From Eledone cirrhosa (Eukaryota), in assembly GCA_964016885.1 (NCBI GenBank), contig OZ024751.1:35960001-36024000 (forward strand): 64,000 nt of DNA, read 5' to 3'. A model generated the notes under the pieces. That model ran no database searches. It saw only the letters and a list, made by a program, of their open reading frames with translations, and was not told where the DNA came from. The stretch's first letter is position 1. Each line of letters opens with the position of its first letter. The translations under genes and the position numbers were made by a program. Positions 35,250-49,723 of this stretch are shown here, piece by piece.

Positions 35250-35544
35250 GCAGTATAAAGCAGCAAGGGAAGATCTGAATTAAATTTTTTTTCTCAGAAT
35301 TTATATAAAGAGGAAAAGCTCGATCAAATTGTTACTTCGATATCCCATGATGTAGATCCACATACATTTCCAATAATCCAATATGATTTCCTCTCCATTA
35401 ATAAAATCGAATATCAATAGTACAATAAAGAACACAAGGCCACATTTAATTGATTTAATCAATAACTGATCATAAAATTCAGTTTAAATAATGAAGTAAA
35501 GTCTATCAATTTTAAAGACTATAATTCGATATCTAAAGTCTAAA

Positions 35545-35790
35545 TCTGTCCCGAACCCGGATACTCATCAGGCAGGTGCTTATTCCGGTTTCCCTGGTAT
35601 GAAGCGACTAAGAGTACAAGAATCCCACCTGGACATGACTCCAGTCCATCACATAGCTAAACTTCCAGCTATTTTTGGTACTAATTGTTTTTCCACTTGA
35701 GTATACTGGAACAACGTGAAATGAAGTGATTTGCTCAAGAACACAATATGGAACCCAGCCCAAGAATCGAACCCATGACATCATGATCTT
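35545..35790 (-). mobile_element. Second SINE family copy with different 3' body
   Basis: actggaacaacgtgaaatgaagtgatttgctcaagaacacaa...gaatcgaaccc. Confidence 0.68.
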
Positions 35791-36669
35791 TTGTAAAAAA
35801 GAAGAGAAGATAGGAAGTGATTTGACTCCCGGTTTTGACCAGTTGATGGGAGGTGCTTACGGCTCAAGTTGGAAGCACTCATAAATATTGGACACCAGCT
35901 GATGCCATTAACTCTTTCTGACCAAGAGTGTATTTACCGAAGAAGAATGAATGTGAGGAATCTTCTTTAAGATGTAATTATTCTTTAAAATATTAATTCC
36001 GTTGTTACTGTGTATTCTCTGTCGTCATGGAAAATAGCATCACTATGGTAACGAAAGAATTCTGAGAGAAACAACAGTAAAATGATTGTCACAGTGAAAG
36101 CATTTTATACTTCTTTTTGTCAGATTGTAAATTATGATTTCAAACTCTCAACAAATATGTCATTAAGTCGTCATATGTGTCCACTTTGAAATCATTTACT
36201 CTGTTGTTGTCAAATGAAACAACGTGACGTTATAGGAAATACAATAGTATTATGGTGTACAATTTATTATGGTCTAGGCAACAGTGAAAAAAGGGGGAGA
36301 CATATAAACAGTTATTATTACTAAAACATTACAAACTAAACTTCAGAAGTAACAATCATCATAAAGAGTTACACATACACACGCGTGATTACGATTATTA
36401 TGGTTAGGATGAGGAGAAGAGCTGTATTTATAATGATGATGAATAACAGTGAATTCGAAGGAGAACTCCAATAATATGTCTCCAGCATACTGAGACAGAC
36501 GCAAATGAAAGCCACAAATTACTGGACGATTTAAGTTAAATTTTATGTAGATATATAACCCCAGTTTTTGAATTAAAAGCACTGACAGAAATGCTTCTAA
36601 TTAAAGAAACTGTAGCCCTATCTACATTAAATTTAATAATAGAGGTGTATATGAAGGAATATACAACAT

Positions 36670-36995
36670 ATGTATATAGACCCGTAACTCCTGATGGGGT
36701 CGTAGGGACACCGTATTGACATATAGCGTTTCTAGGGAGTTTTGTAAACCTGGTGGGGTCCATCTCCTGTCCATGTCTGAATACAGCAGATTTCGTCCAG
36801 AAAAGGATAGAGATGGAGACAATTGAAGTGAGAAAGAGATATAGAGGAAGAATCGACCCCAGTACTAGACTGGTACTTTCATTATCAGCCTTGAATGGAT
36901 GAAAGGCAACGTTGACCTCGACGGGATTTTAACCCAGAGAGCAGAGAGCCAGAACGAATACTACAAAGCATTCTATTCGACGCTCTAACGATATA
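36670..36995 (-). mobile_element. SINE with extended ~180-bp 3' flank shared with 985-1250 and 61630-61985
   Basis: SINE core at 36850-36995. The flank gacccgtaactcctga...ctggtggggtccatctc..tccatgtctgaatacagcagatttcgtccaga is homologous to 61640-61770. Confidence 0.7.
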
Positions 36996-37788
36996 TTTAA
37001 GTAGAATAAACATATCTAATTCTCACCATGAATGTTATATGCTACGTCCAAGTAGGCATGTGTGAACACCAAACACTAGTATCTCAACTCTTTCAATCCA
37101 CCAACAGTATCTATGTTTCTCTATTATGAATCCTCTTATGTTAATGCTATTGATAAAGCATTAAATACATCACAAATCATCTAATATATACTGTGTTGTG
37201 TTCTAGAGTAAACATATGAATATGAGTTCCTTGGCTGAAAACCCTAATCAAAATTGAAGAAGGGTTTATCGACTAATTTACTAAATTTATCAATTTACTA
37301 AATTTAATTCACTAACAACATGAATATTTTTTAATTATCAAATATAAAATGGAATACGATTGTAGAGATTAGATTGATGATTGTGAGGAATCCCAGTCAA
37401 CAGATATTTATTATATTACGAAACGGCAGGATCATTAATATGCATGCGAGATATAAATTTTATTCCAACTGCTAACTTTGACTGTATCTGAATATTCATA
37501 GACTTTTACCATGAATATCTTCATCATATCGATGAAATTCAATCGACCAAGGAAATGCCAGAGATGTGCCAATGCCTGCATATGTTTATCTTATGTTTCT
37601 ATATTTCTTATTTCTGTTTATGTAGTCACGTTTTATTCTGACTTTTAAACCTTTCAATACTATTTAGTTTTCAATCACAGTAACTTTACATTCATTAGAT
37701 TCATTCAGAAATTCTATTTTTCTTGCATTACGATTTTAAAGGGAGTTAATGATATGATGCCTGCCGCTGCTGAAGTTGCTGTTGTTGT

Positions 37789-37820
<32 letters not shown>

Positions 37821-37926
37821 TTGCTGCTGTTGCTATGGATGTTTTTGCTGTTCTTCTTCTCCTCTTCCTTCTTTTCATTATATTCTCCTCCAATACGTTT
37901 CTTTCTTCACATTATTATTAATTTTT

Positions 37927-38100
37927 GGTGAATTGGCAGTATCGGTAGAGGGTCGGACGCCATGCTTTCTAGCATAGTTACGTCCCTTTACAGTATGAGT
38001 TCAAATCCCGTCGAGGTTAACTTTGCCTTTCATCCTTACGGGGTCGATAAAATGAAGTACCAGTAATACACTGAGATAATTGCTGACCTTGTGCCAAAAG
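37927..38100 (+). mobile_element. SINE, young subfamily
   Basis: High identity to 16032-16221. Confidence 0.88.
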
Positions 38101-38129
38101 TTTTTTCGATTTGCAAAATACAAATAATA

Positions 38130-38345
38130 ATAATTGTTTCTACTTTTGGCACAAGGGCAGCAATTTGAAGTGAAGGGGAAAATCGATTTCATCGACCCCA
38201 GTACTTAGCAGGTATTTATTTTAACGATCCCATAACGATGGAAGGCCAAGTTGACCTCGGTGGGATTTTCACTTAAGAATTAAACTATACAAAATATCGT
38301 AAAGTATTTCGTCCAACGCTTTAGCGATTCTACCAACCCACAACC
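38130..38345 (-). mobile_element. SINE, older subfamily, tail-to-tail with previous copy
   Basis: aataattgtttctacttttggcacaagg...atcgaccccagtac...gacctcggtgggattt. Confidence 0.78.
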
Positions 38346-39344
38346 CATTGAGTACATATAATAATGATAATAATAATAATAATAATAATAAACTTAATGA
38401 TTTCGTCAGCTTCGCATTTCTTTAATCCCACTATACCCCTGGCTTTTAGCTTTCCATAATCTATTATTTTTAACCCCTATGACATATATTTAATGAATCC
38501 CCAACTAGAAGGTAATGAATGCCTTATTTCAACGTTTTTTATTTCAAATGTTCCCCAGTATTACGTCAACCGATTAGAGATCTTTATACAATATTAACTT
38601 TTACTAAACCCTTTGTAATCACACAGTTTTCTTAATACAGATTTGCCACAAATTATCTTAAGGAAACGCCTTTTAATCACAAAGTTTTCTTAATGCAATC
38701 TTCACTAAAATTATCTCTATCAAATCCTATAAAACAAACGGTTTCATTTCTTTCGACCTAATGCCCAGTATTGTTGGTGAATACCCGTCATTCTCGGATT
38801 AAAAATATAGACAAAACCACTTGTAATTGCTTTATCTACATCTTCATTTGTCACTGTCATCTTGAGTGAGTTCTCGGATATTTATTTCACGCCAGGAATC
38901 AATTTATATCACAATAGTTCCGGAATTACTTCACTCCCGCTATCATTCCAATACAATCACATAAGAAAGAGCAACCAATTTAATTCATTGACATCACAAT
39001 GATGATGTATTTCTACCTGCCATTATATTATTCAGGATGAGTCAGTCCTTTATTTCGTCCTCTCTTCATAAAAATCCAAACGTGATCCTATACATCCTAC
39101 AAGTACACACACACACACACTCGTAGACACACACAGACCCACACTCACACAATCACACATAGACAGACAGACACTAAGATACTTGGGTCAGCTTAAACGT
39201 TCATAGGCTGAAAAGTTAATAAACGTTCTTCTACAGTTCATGAGGTACCATTCTAATATCCTTTAATATACAAACACCTGACAATAAGGGTTAATGCTAC
39301 TAGCAATAAGTTAACACAATATGAATTATCTTATCTGAAATATA

Positions 39345-39512
39345 CAGGGTGATCACAAAGAGACACGTTCATTTCAAATATTTATACTATGTAACCTTAA
39401 ATGAATATTCTTACAATATTGGTGGCTACAGTTGCATAAGCCAACGAGTGCACTTTTTGTTGCTCATTCATTTAATCATTTGAAATGAAGTAGTGTTTTT
39501 ATGGTCACCCTG
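39345..39512. mobile_element. Tc1/mariner-type MITE
   Basis: TA|cagggtgatcacaaagagacac ... gtgtttttatggtcaccctg|TA. Imperfect ~35-bp TIRs (including ttcatttcaaat/atttgaaatgaa) and TA TSD. Confidence 0.85.
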
Positions 39513-39779
39513 TATAACATACAACCATGTCCTAGAACAGAGTGAAATTTGTCTACCAAAAACTAAAGGATAAGAAACTTTGTCATATATTTTACATTGA
39601 ATAATTAATAATTACTTAAATATCGATCTGCCTGTTAGGGTATGACAGCAGTTTGATTCTTGGATTAATTGTGGAATAGGTTGAATTTAGAGTCGATTTA
39701 ATACAGGTTTACAGGTATCTTGATATATATGACATAATTTTATGTTGAGGGGAACTTACCTTTTCCATAACATTAAATT

Positions 39780-39897
<118 letters not shown>

Positions 39898-40015
39898 TAA
39901 TATACAATACGTCCATAAGTTGGAGTAACGTTCACAGCCTGCAGAGTTAAATAAAGAAACACAGAAACAAACAGACGCGAGATGTTACTACCATCCTGTC
40001 TTTACACTCCCCACG

Positions 40016-40058
<43 letters not shown>

Positions 40059-40532
40059 CACACTCATACGTTCACATACACATAGAGAAAGCCACACGTC
40101 TAATCCTATGCTAGAAAATTAGAGGTTCTGGTGATGTGACGAATAAAGAAAGAAGGACGATGTAAAAAAAAAAAGAAGAAAGAGAAGAAAGAGAAGGAAG
40201 AAGAGGAAGAGGACGAAGAGCTGTTATTGCCCGGGGTGAATCAATCACAAGTGAGACACATTATTCGTAGAAAAGCAATTAAATGACCGGCTGGTATACA
40301 TCCCTAGAGTTTTACTAAAGTAATTTCCAATCAGTCATAATTGCTGGCAGGCGTCTCCGGTGATTCCTCACGTCTCAAAGACAATGATTCATAGATAGCA
40401 GATAGAGAAGGGGAAGAGAGCGATAGAGAGATAGAGTTAGGGTGAGAGAGAGAGGAGATAGAGAAGGGGAAGAGAGCGATAGAGAGATAGAGTTAGGGTG
40501 AGAGAGAGAGGAGAGAGAGGAGAGGAAGGAGT

Positions 40533-40563
<31 letters not shown>

Positions 40564-40767
40564 AAGAGAGAGAGAGAGAGGAGAGAGAGGGGGAGCGAAA
40601 GACAGAAGACAAGATAACCAACAGATAAATAAATAACAAAACACCAAAGAATAAAATTCGATAAAAAAAACAGAAATAGAATTAAAAATAAAAATATAAC
40701 TTTACAATATGTCAGTTATTTCTTTGGTATAAATAAATAGTTTACCAGTGATTTCTGGCGAATTAAA

Positions 40768-40829
40768 TACTACTACTACTACTACTGGTGCTGCACCTGC
40801 TACTACTACTACTACTGCTACTACTGCTG

Positions 40830-40903
<74 letters not shown>
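40768..40903. repeat. (TAC)n trinucleotide repeat
   Basis: Direct reading. Confidence 0.95.
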
Positions 40904-40904
<1 letters not shown>

Positions 40905-40933
40905 ATCGATATTATTCATGGGAAACTGTATAA

Positions 40934-41024
<91 letters not shown>

Positions 41025-41027
<3 letters not shown>

Positions 41028-41166
41028 CGAAGGAAGTGTGGTAAGGAACCAGGTGGACCATAACGCACCATAGTACTCAATACTTAGGGCAGTAGAGTGG
41101 GTAATAGTGAGTCCAGAAATAGCCGTCGAAACGGATTGAGCTCTGCCCTCGGGATTAAACATTTTC
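41025..41166. mobile_element. Family F/G element with inverted 5' part
   Basis: Same tail (aacgaagga..gtggtaaggaaccaggtggaccataacgcacca..gtactcaatacttaggg) joined to plus-strand cgtcGAAAcggattgagctctgcccTCggg. Confidence 0.6.
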
Positions 41167-41262
41167 ATATATATATATAAGTTATTCCGGGTTGAAGCGG
41201 AGGTAACCACAGTAAGTAAGGTACTCAATACATAGCAGAGTATAACAGTTTTAATATAGAAG

Positions 41263-41310
41263 AGCTTCTACAGGACTAGAACTGTTTCATTCGTGAGAAA
41301 TCATCAGAAA
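41263..41310 (-). ncRNA. Type I hammerhead ribozyme (family B), antisense partner
   Basis: Minus strand reads ttt-CTGATGA-tttctcacgaat-GAAA-cagttctagtcct-GTA-gaagct. Stem III (acag/ctgt) is intact. Stem I is shortened by a 10-bp tandem duplication (aaatcatcag x2, 41298-41317). Confidence 0.65.
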
Positions 41311-41316
41311 TCATCA

Positions 41317-41367
41317 GGCTTCCTGATGATTTCTCACGAATGAAACAGTTCTAGTCCTATAGAAGCT
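41317..41367 (+). ncRNA. Type I hammerhead ribozyme (family B)
   Basis: ggcttc-CTGATGA (41323-29)-tttc-tcac-gaat-GAAA-cag-ttctagtc-ct-ATA-gaagct. 6-bp stem I. The GTA triplet of sister copies is ATA here, which breaks one stem III pair. Confidence 0.7.
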
Positions 41368-41494
41368 CTTCTCTCTCTCTATATATATATATAAATATCT
41401 TCCTTTCGTATGTGACAGCAATCAGGTGACATCTCCCAGGCGTTGTAACAAGCTCAGGGCAGTGGAATTAGGGTGCGTGAGGTATCTATATATA

Positions 41495-41644
41495 TAGAAA
41501 GGCTTCTACATCAGGTTTCCTGATGATTTCTTCCGGATGAAATAGTCTAGTCTTGTAGAAGCCTTTATATATTAAATATTTATACTCTGCTTTGTATTGA
41601 GTACCTTAATTAATGTCGTTAACCTCAATTGAACCTGGGCTAAA

Positions 41645-41648
<4 letters not shown>
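41495..41648 (+). mobile_element. Family B HHR element
   Basis: HHR, attaaa, then tatactctgctttgtattgagtacctta... tail to (TA)n. A short inverted copy aaaggcttctaca sits at the 5' end. Confidence 0.7.
41513..41564 (+). ncRNA. Type I hammerhead ribozyme (family B)
   Basis: aggtttc-CTGATGA (41520-26)-tttcttccggat-GAAA-tagtctagtctt-GTA (41555-57)-gaagcct. 7-bp stem I. Substitutions relative to the 41317 copy mostly retain pairing as G-U. Confidence 0.7.
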
Positions 41649-41697
<49 letters not shown>

Positions 41698-42286
41698 CCC
41701 GCCAGGCACACATAAAGACCTTGCTCTACTTTGTTATGTGAAGACACCAGCCCAGACGTAATCTATAATAATCTTCCTTATTTATAGAACCGTAAATAAT
41801 GTATCATATAAATACATAATCTCATAATCTCATGCAAATATAAATATTGACAATTTACAGGTAACTATTCTAAGATGTATCCTTCTTGTATCCACTAATG
41901 AACGATATGCAATTAAGGATATGTAATTATATATAGAATATTCCCGGTCCGTGCTCACGTGGTGTAGTTAAACGTGTTCAAGTGATTATAGATATGTTCC
42001 TGATTATTTCTTCTGTTGTAAATATGCACGAAAATTAACTGCAGCTGCCCAATGCACGGCAAATATCTGCACGGACAAACAGGATACTCAAACAACATGC
42101 CATTAATTGAAGACATAATTAGACGATCTCATACACCATATATATATACATACATACATATATATATATGTATTTATATATACATATATACATACACAGA
42201 CACACACACAGACACACACACACACACATATATATATATGCACAAATCCAAACGTTCACAGCGTATGAACACATACTCCCTCATAT

Positions 42287-42332
<46 letters not shown>

Positions 42333-42344
42333 ACACATATATCC

Positions 42345-42397
42345 TTCACAGGACTGGATGATTGCAAGCGAATGAAACAGTTCTAGTCCTGTAAAAG
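42345..42397 (+). mobile_element. Degraded family B HHR fragment
   Basis: cgaatgaaacagttctagtcctgta is identical to family B. The upstream core is altered (ctggatga), and acaggactgg/ctagtcctgt form an inverted pair. Confidence 0.5.
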
Positions 42398-42485
42398 TTG
42401 TACATAACTGAAACCCAAAATACTGACAAATATTCATTTCTACATAGCAATGGAGTTAATTTTTCAAACTGATACTAGATCAATA

Positions 42486-42895
42486 CAGCAAGTCCCCAAC
42501 TTACGAACGAGTTCGTCAGCTGATTTGCTCGTAAGTCGATCGTCTAACACAGTACGTAACAGTAAGCCCATATATGTTACATTGATACAGCAGGCTTCCA
42601 TATGAGTGATATTTATATATACATATAAACAGTATATAGAGGTATATTTAACATGTAATAATGAATTTCAATACTGCGAAGCTAAAGAAAAAAAAGTACG
42701 TTTTCAATTCTGCGAAAACAGAATTGCATCCCATATAGAAAGAAACGATTTCAGCTTGTTTTTATGCTGCAAAAGAAAGAACCCAGGGTCCGAAAAGCAT
42801 ACAAAAAAAACGCGAATTTCAAACACAGACGATTTTCTTTTCTTCGTGAGACTGTTCGTATCTGCGTCGTAAGTTCGTAAAATGGGGAGTTACTG
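42486..42895. mobile_element. Pogo/Tigger-type non-autonomous DNA transposon
   Basis: TA|cagcaagtccccaacttacgaac ... gttcgtaaaatggggagttactg|TA. 23-bp imperfect TIRs. Confidence 0.8.
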
Positions 42896-43939
42896 TATTG
42901 ACTTGATCTTGGTGGAATTTGAACTTACAATTCTGAAGAGCAAAATAGACACGACCCCCCTCTCTAACGAAATTTTACTTTGTATATTACATTATTATAT
43001 AGAAGACGAGAATATGACACAATAGGACAAACACATACAAGGTCATAACTAAAACTATTAAAACAGAGCTGGCTAACACATCATTCATTTTTATTTCCAG
43101 TCATAGACGGAAGAGAAAATTGTAAGGCCTTATTATTTCATTTGAATGCCCTATAATTGCTCTTACTATTTTAGTCTGTATTGAAATTAGTTTTTATTGT
43201 CCAACTGAAAATAATTTACTACAAAATCTTGAACACACTCATTATCGTGGTAGAGTCCATATGAAAAATACACATCTTCTCAAATATAGTTTACTCTAAA
43301 CGAAATGGAAATATCTTTTCAGAGACCTTAATAGTGATAATAATAATAACGATATTTGCTGAATAGCGTTGGAATATTGTTAGACGTTGTTATGGAATCT
43401 AGAAGAGAAATATTTAAGTTTTTTTTCTATTCGAGCAGGTTTAGAATGAATTTATAAAATTCCTGTAACAATGACAATGATGAGAATAATTTCAGACTTT
43501 TGTTTTGGAAGGAAATCATAGAAATAAGATTCTATTACATGTCGAAATCCAGAGTGTTCTCATTATTCCGAATGTTCTGAATGAATAATATTGAATAATA
43601 TTGAACGAAATTTTAATAGGAATATTTTGCAGTGTTCGTATTCTTGAAATACTTATAAGACAACATAGAAGGAAAAAATAGAGGAAAGAATAAAATGAAA
43701 ATGTTGGATTCTATGTATTGTTGGAATTATTTCAGTAATTGGAAAGTATGTTAAACACATAACATAAGGTTTATAGGACGAGGACAATATTGTAAAAGTA
43801 TGAGGTAATACACGCATTAGAATTATATTTACTACTAGAAAAATAAAATAAAAAGGAATTGAATATGGTCAAACATATTCTAATAAACTGTAGGAGGTTA
43901 GATGTAGGAGTGCTAATATTACAGTCGGGTAGGACATTA

Positions 43940-44095
43940 GATTGGTTGAATTGGTAGAGCGTCGGATAAAATGACATTTGAGTATTTTATCTGGATCTTT
44001 TATATTCTGAGTTCAAATCCCACCAAAATCCACTTTGCTTTGTATCCTCCCGGGGTCGATAAAATGAAATACCTGTCAAATATTATTGGGTAGCC
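43940..44095 (+). mobile_element. SINE (Meta/MESC-like), older
   Basis: gaattggtagagcgtcgga, gagttcaaatccc, ggggtcgataaaatgaaatacc. Confidence 0.75.
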
Positions 44096-44277
44096 TCAAT
44101 TAATCAAGCTTTCTTCTTCTTCTTCTTCTTCGCTGACATATCCCTGAGAGGGTCATGAGGGCAGAATCCTCAAACACTCCTTCCAGCGGTTGCCAACAAG
44201 CTGGGAGTATCAGGAGCAAAGCGTCAATTGGTGTGTAGTTAGTTACTATGGTGATATCTATCTGTCTTTCACATATA

Positions 44278-44309
<32 letters not shown>

Positions 44310-44313
<4 letters not shown>

Positions 44314-44410
44314 ACATTTCGTATGTAAAAAAATAGTTTCGATTTACAAACATTTCGAGTGACGAACAGTCTTCAGGAACGAGTTAAATTATTGAACAGA
44401 GGTTCCACTG
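44310..44410. mobile_element. Tigger-like right-end remnant
   Basis: Ends in gaggttccactg, with an upstream ttcgagtgacgaac..gaacgagttaaatt pattern. No left TIR found. Confidence 0.4.
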
Positions 44411-46099
44411 CATTTTATTTCATCGACCCTGAACGCTAACAAGAAAGTTTACCTCAGTGGAAGTTGGAACTCTGGACTTAAGGGGAGGAAATAGTGACCC
44501 AGAAGGAAGTTTATACAAGGTTCTAACAGATGTCTCTAATCCACCAGCCTTAAATAAATAAATAAATATTTCGGTGTGTTTTCTTGATGGAATATTCATG
44601 GAATGCGGAATATTTCTTCTGTGCAGAGAAAACATAAAGCTGAATAATATATTATGATTGTCTCCATTCTGGAGAGCATCATTCATCAACATCAACATCA
44701 AAACCAGCGACATCATCACCGCCAACACCACCATCATCATATTCATCAACATCACCACCATCATCACCATCAACATCATCAACAACATCATCATCATCAC
44801 CAACAACAACAATATACACCATCAGAACGAGCATATTATGTAAATAATCAACAGCAACACAGCAACACAGAACATGTAGAAATCCAAACGGAATGATGGA
44901 ATACTATACAAATATAAAAGGAAAGATAAGTTTAAAACTGGGAATGAAGTATAAAATTATGTTACAACTTGTAGCTACTCTCTTTACTACGATAATACCT
45001 CACATTACTACTTCTTAATATTCAGAACAACCGATCGAAATTGGCTTAGTGGAAACATGAGAAAACTAAATCGGAATATTGCATTTATAATAACGCTCTA
45101 ATCAGTATTAGCTTGCTTAGCTTGTTAAGGTCGCGTGCTTGAGGAATTTCCTAGAAATCCGATAAGTGGAATTAGACTAATGACTGTCTTTCTAATTGTA
45201 ATGAAGTAGAATTGATGTAAATCATGTTAGCGTCTTTACAAACGATTTTGACATATTTCCTTATATTCTTTCCTATGTTTAGTCAATATTGCAGACATTT
45301 TTATCTCGTATATTTTATTCCATTTTCATTTATCATCATTATTATCATCATTATTATCATTATTATTATTATTATTATTATTATTGTTATTATTATTGTT
45401 ATTATTATTGTTATTATTATTGTTATTATTATTGTTATTATTGTTATTATTATTTTTACTATTATATGTTCTTCTCTGTTTATTATATTTCTTCTTATAT
45501 ATGTAAAGAAATATATTGCATTTTCATGATTTAGTTTAGCGTAGTTCCAGTTTTTATCGAAGGGAGAGATACAAAATGAAGCCAAACCAATCCAAGCTAA
45601 GCTAAGCCAGAAAAATTACAGTTAGATATATTTTATCGATCCCAGATTGGTAAATGTCTCCATGAAATGTGTTATTGGAACCCAGCACAGTAAGAAGGAC
45701 AAACATTATTTACCGAGGCATAATAATAGTTTGATCATTATACATATTCGCGATTTTCAGCGTTTTATGCACTTAATGAATATTTACTAAGATTTATGTA
45801 TTTATGTATCGCAAAATTAAATATGAATTACACACATACACACACATGTCTCTCTCTCTCTCTCTCTCTCCCTATATATATATATACTGTATATACATAT
45901 AAATATATATATATATATCTGTGTGCGTGTGTATTATATATATATCAATGTATGTACGTATGTGTATGGCAGGGGTGAGTGTATTTATGTATGCGTTAAT
46001 ATTTCCTCAAACTTTCTCTTTTGTCTATTTCAATTTAAATATATATTTTATCGTTAAAAGTACTTTGAGCTACAACTCCATTTTTGTGGAATTAAAACC

Positions 46100-46176
46100 T
46101 TCTTCTTCTTCTTCTTCTTCTTCTTCTTCTTCTTCTTCTTCTTCTTCTTCTTCTTCTTCTTCTTCTTCTTCTTCTT

Positions 46177-46207
<31 letters not shown>
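46100..46207. repeat. (TTC)n trinucleotide repeat
   Basis: Direct reading. Confidence 0.95.
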
Positions 46208-46208
<1 letters not shown>

Positions 46209-46662
46209 GGAAATGAATTAACGTTAGTATAATAATATTTTATCTTCCTTCTACCATGTATAACAATGTCTGAAGATAAATGTGTCTGAATCTGGAAATA
46301 AATACCAAATAATAATCTGTTTCGTTCAACACACACCATTCTCCATTGCATAGCAGGCAACGTTTGGAAATATTAATTTCACGGAGAACGCATCTACTGA
46401 AAAATTCATTAACTTATGCAAATGTTAATAAACTACATTGAAATCTAATACATTATAATTAAGAAATATTCTAATTTTTAAAAATACATATTTATTGTTA
46501 GTGCAAGTAGTTTGGAGAAATTATGTTTCGTGCATTCGTTTTTTTTTGTGGTTTTGTTGTTGATTCTTCAAATAACTTTCATTAAAATCAGTAACATTAA
46601 TACAAAAAATTAATATTATTTAAGAAAGATTAGTGGACGCACGTCAGTGGCGACAGTGTATG

Positions 46663-46724
46663 TTAGGGTTAGGGTTAGGGTTAGGGTTAGGGTTAGGGTT
46701 AGGGTTAGGGTTAGGGTTAGGGTT
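46663..46724 (+). repeat. Interstitial telomeric repeat (TTAGGG)~10
   Basis: Direct reading, with one extra G near 46710. Immediately followed by a SINE 3' segment (46740-46875). Confidence 0.95.
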
Positions 46725-46937
46725 GTTCGATCAACGAAAAAGTTTGATAGTGAGATTAACTATCAAACACGTAGCTGAGCAATCTACAGACATGTTTATA
46801 CTTAACGTAAACCTCAGGGAGATTCAGCGTGAAACAGTGTCTGACAAGGCTGGCCCTATGAATTAGAGCTACAGTCCATATCATAGTATAGATATATATA
46901 TATATATATACATGCATATATATATATATTTAGCCAT

Positions 46938-47026
<89 letters not shown>

Positions 47027-47104
47027 CATACATATATATGCATACATATATATATATATATGCATATATATATTCATACATATATATGCATACATATATA
47101 TATA

Positions 47105-47150
<46 letters not shown>

Positions 47151-47200
47151 TATATATATATACACACACACAGACATATCTATATATAAATATATATATA

Positions 47201-47244
<44 letters not shown>

Positions 47245-47317
47245 GCATATAGAATTGCATGAAGAAATACAAAAGTGGAATTTAAAAATAACTTACTATG
47301 TATCGTTTGTAATAATT

Positions 47318-47502
47318 GTTTCGACTTTTTGGCACAAGGCCAGCAATTACCCAGTGCATTACTGGTACTTTATTTTTATCGACCCCGTAAGGATGAAAGG
47401 CAAAGTTAACCTCGGTGGGATTTGAACTCAGAATGGCAAGGGCCGTAACTCGTTGTCAAAGCATGGCGTCCGACCCTCTACCGATACTGCCAATCCACTC
47501 CC
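47318..47502 (-). mobile_element. Full-length SINE with TSD
   Basis: Reverse complement of the consensus. atcgt(a)ttgtaataatt occurs at 47302-17 and 47503-19. Confidence 0.92.
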
Positions 47503-48199
47503 ATCGTATTGTAATAATTTAAGTAAATTTGATTTCCCTTACGACAATGATGTTTGGCATGACTTTAAATGACGAATTAAAGAAAAAAAACTTATGTTGG
47601 AGAATGTTTAAAGATTTGTCTAATGTTGTTCAGACAACATGGCGCGGGATATAATCTTAATTCAAATCCAGTATTTTAAAATTTCATATTTTTTACTTTC
47701 TCCATGTATATATAATATATAGAAGATATATAATTTATGTACTTGTTTTGCAAGATGGATTGCAGATTAAAACCAGAAAGAAGAGGAGGCACGAAAGAGA
47801 ACAGATAGTCTTTGAGAGGTTACAGAATGTATCACGAAAGAAATTTGACGAACTAACGAATAACTAGTAATAAAGATAAAGTGAAAATCATATGGTGTGT
47901 GTTTCTTTCTATGAGCAGTATTGTAAACATAACCATCCACAAATATATAGTAAATATGGAATGTTATATGAAAATACACTTTATTATCTATTATTTAATA
48001 TTGCATGAGAATATGTTACAGTATATAGGTTCGTGAAGAACCAACGTGAGACCTTTCACGTTCACACTTACCCCCCCTCTCTCGCTCTCGCTCTTGATAT
48101 ATACATGTGTGTGTATATAGTCTCTTGTACACATACACTGACATATGTATACACACAAACTCATACACACGCTATATATGAATTTGCAAATTCATAAGC

Positions 48200-48888
<689 letters not shown>

Positions 48889-49582
48889 GCATAATATTAT
48901 ACAAAACGCAGCATACAAAGAAATATGACATGCCAACCTTTTAGTTTAGTTGTAAATAAGTTAACATTAAAGTCGGTCTTTGATAGACTAAATATTTGCA
49001 CGTTCTCAACATTAACTATTGACCTTCTGTAACTTTACACTATCACATGTTTACGTTCAATAAATGCATGGCTAATAAAAGAAGAGAAATATCTTTACAA
49101 AAAACGTTCACATTGTGTATGGCATTATGAAAGTATTACTACAGTTCATTCTGTTATCAAAGACGATCTATTCTTCTTTGCTAGCCATATTCTATAATTC
49201 CAAATGTATTGTTATATACAGTAACACAGGTAATATAATATGTAGAATGAATTTCACCCCAAGGTGTGTTTTCATAGCAAATTTCTCGAAACCATTTCTA
49301 TTATCTAACTTACTGTATTTGTAAGTTTATGGAACTCTTCAACTGCCTGTAGGTATGAAACGAATTTTTAATAAATACCTTACAATTTGTGTATTTATAA
49401 AAAGAGTAACATTTACATTTCAATTCTTCTGGGAATAGATATGTTAAATTCCTTATACAAAGCTTTCATTTTCGACACGCCTCTGACAATCTCACAGTTG
49501 ATATCTTTTACATATATAAAATATTAAAATATTTTCACCACTGTCTTACAAAACCTCATGGAGAAATGCTTTGCTAACAAGG

Positions 49583-49632
<50 letters not shown>

Positions 49633-49684
49633 GATTCGGGACACCGACGGGTGAGCTTCTGCTGTCTCAACAGCTAAATCCAAA

Positions 49685-49720
<36 letters not shown>

Positions 49721-49723
<3 letters not shown>

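Larger units (their letters stand above)
41180..41372. mobile_element. Family B HHR element with terminal inverted duplication
   Basis: Minus strand reads HHR, then attaaa, then a tail (tatactctgctatgtattgagtaccttacttactgtggttacc...) ending at (TA)n. The HHR part is duplicated in inverted orientation (41258-41307 vs 41323-41372). Confidence 0.7.
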
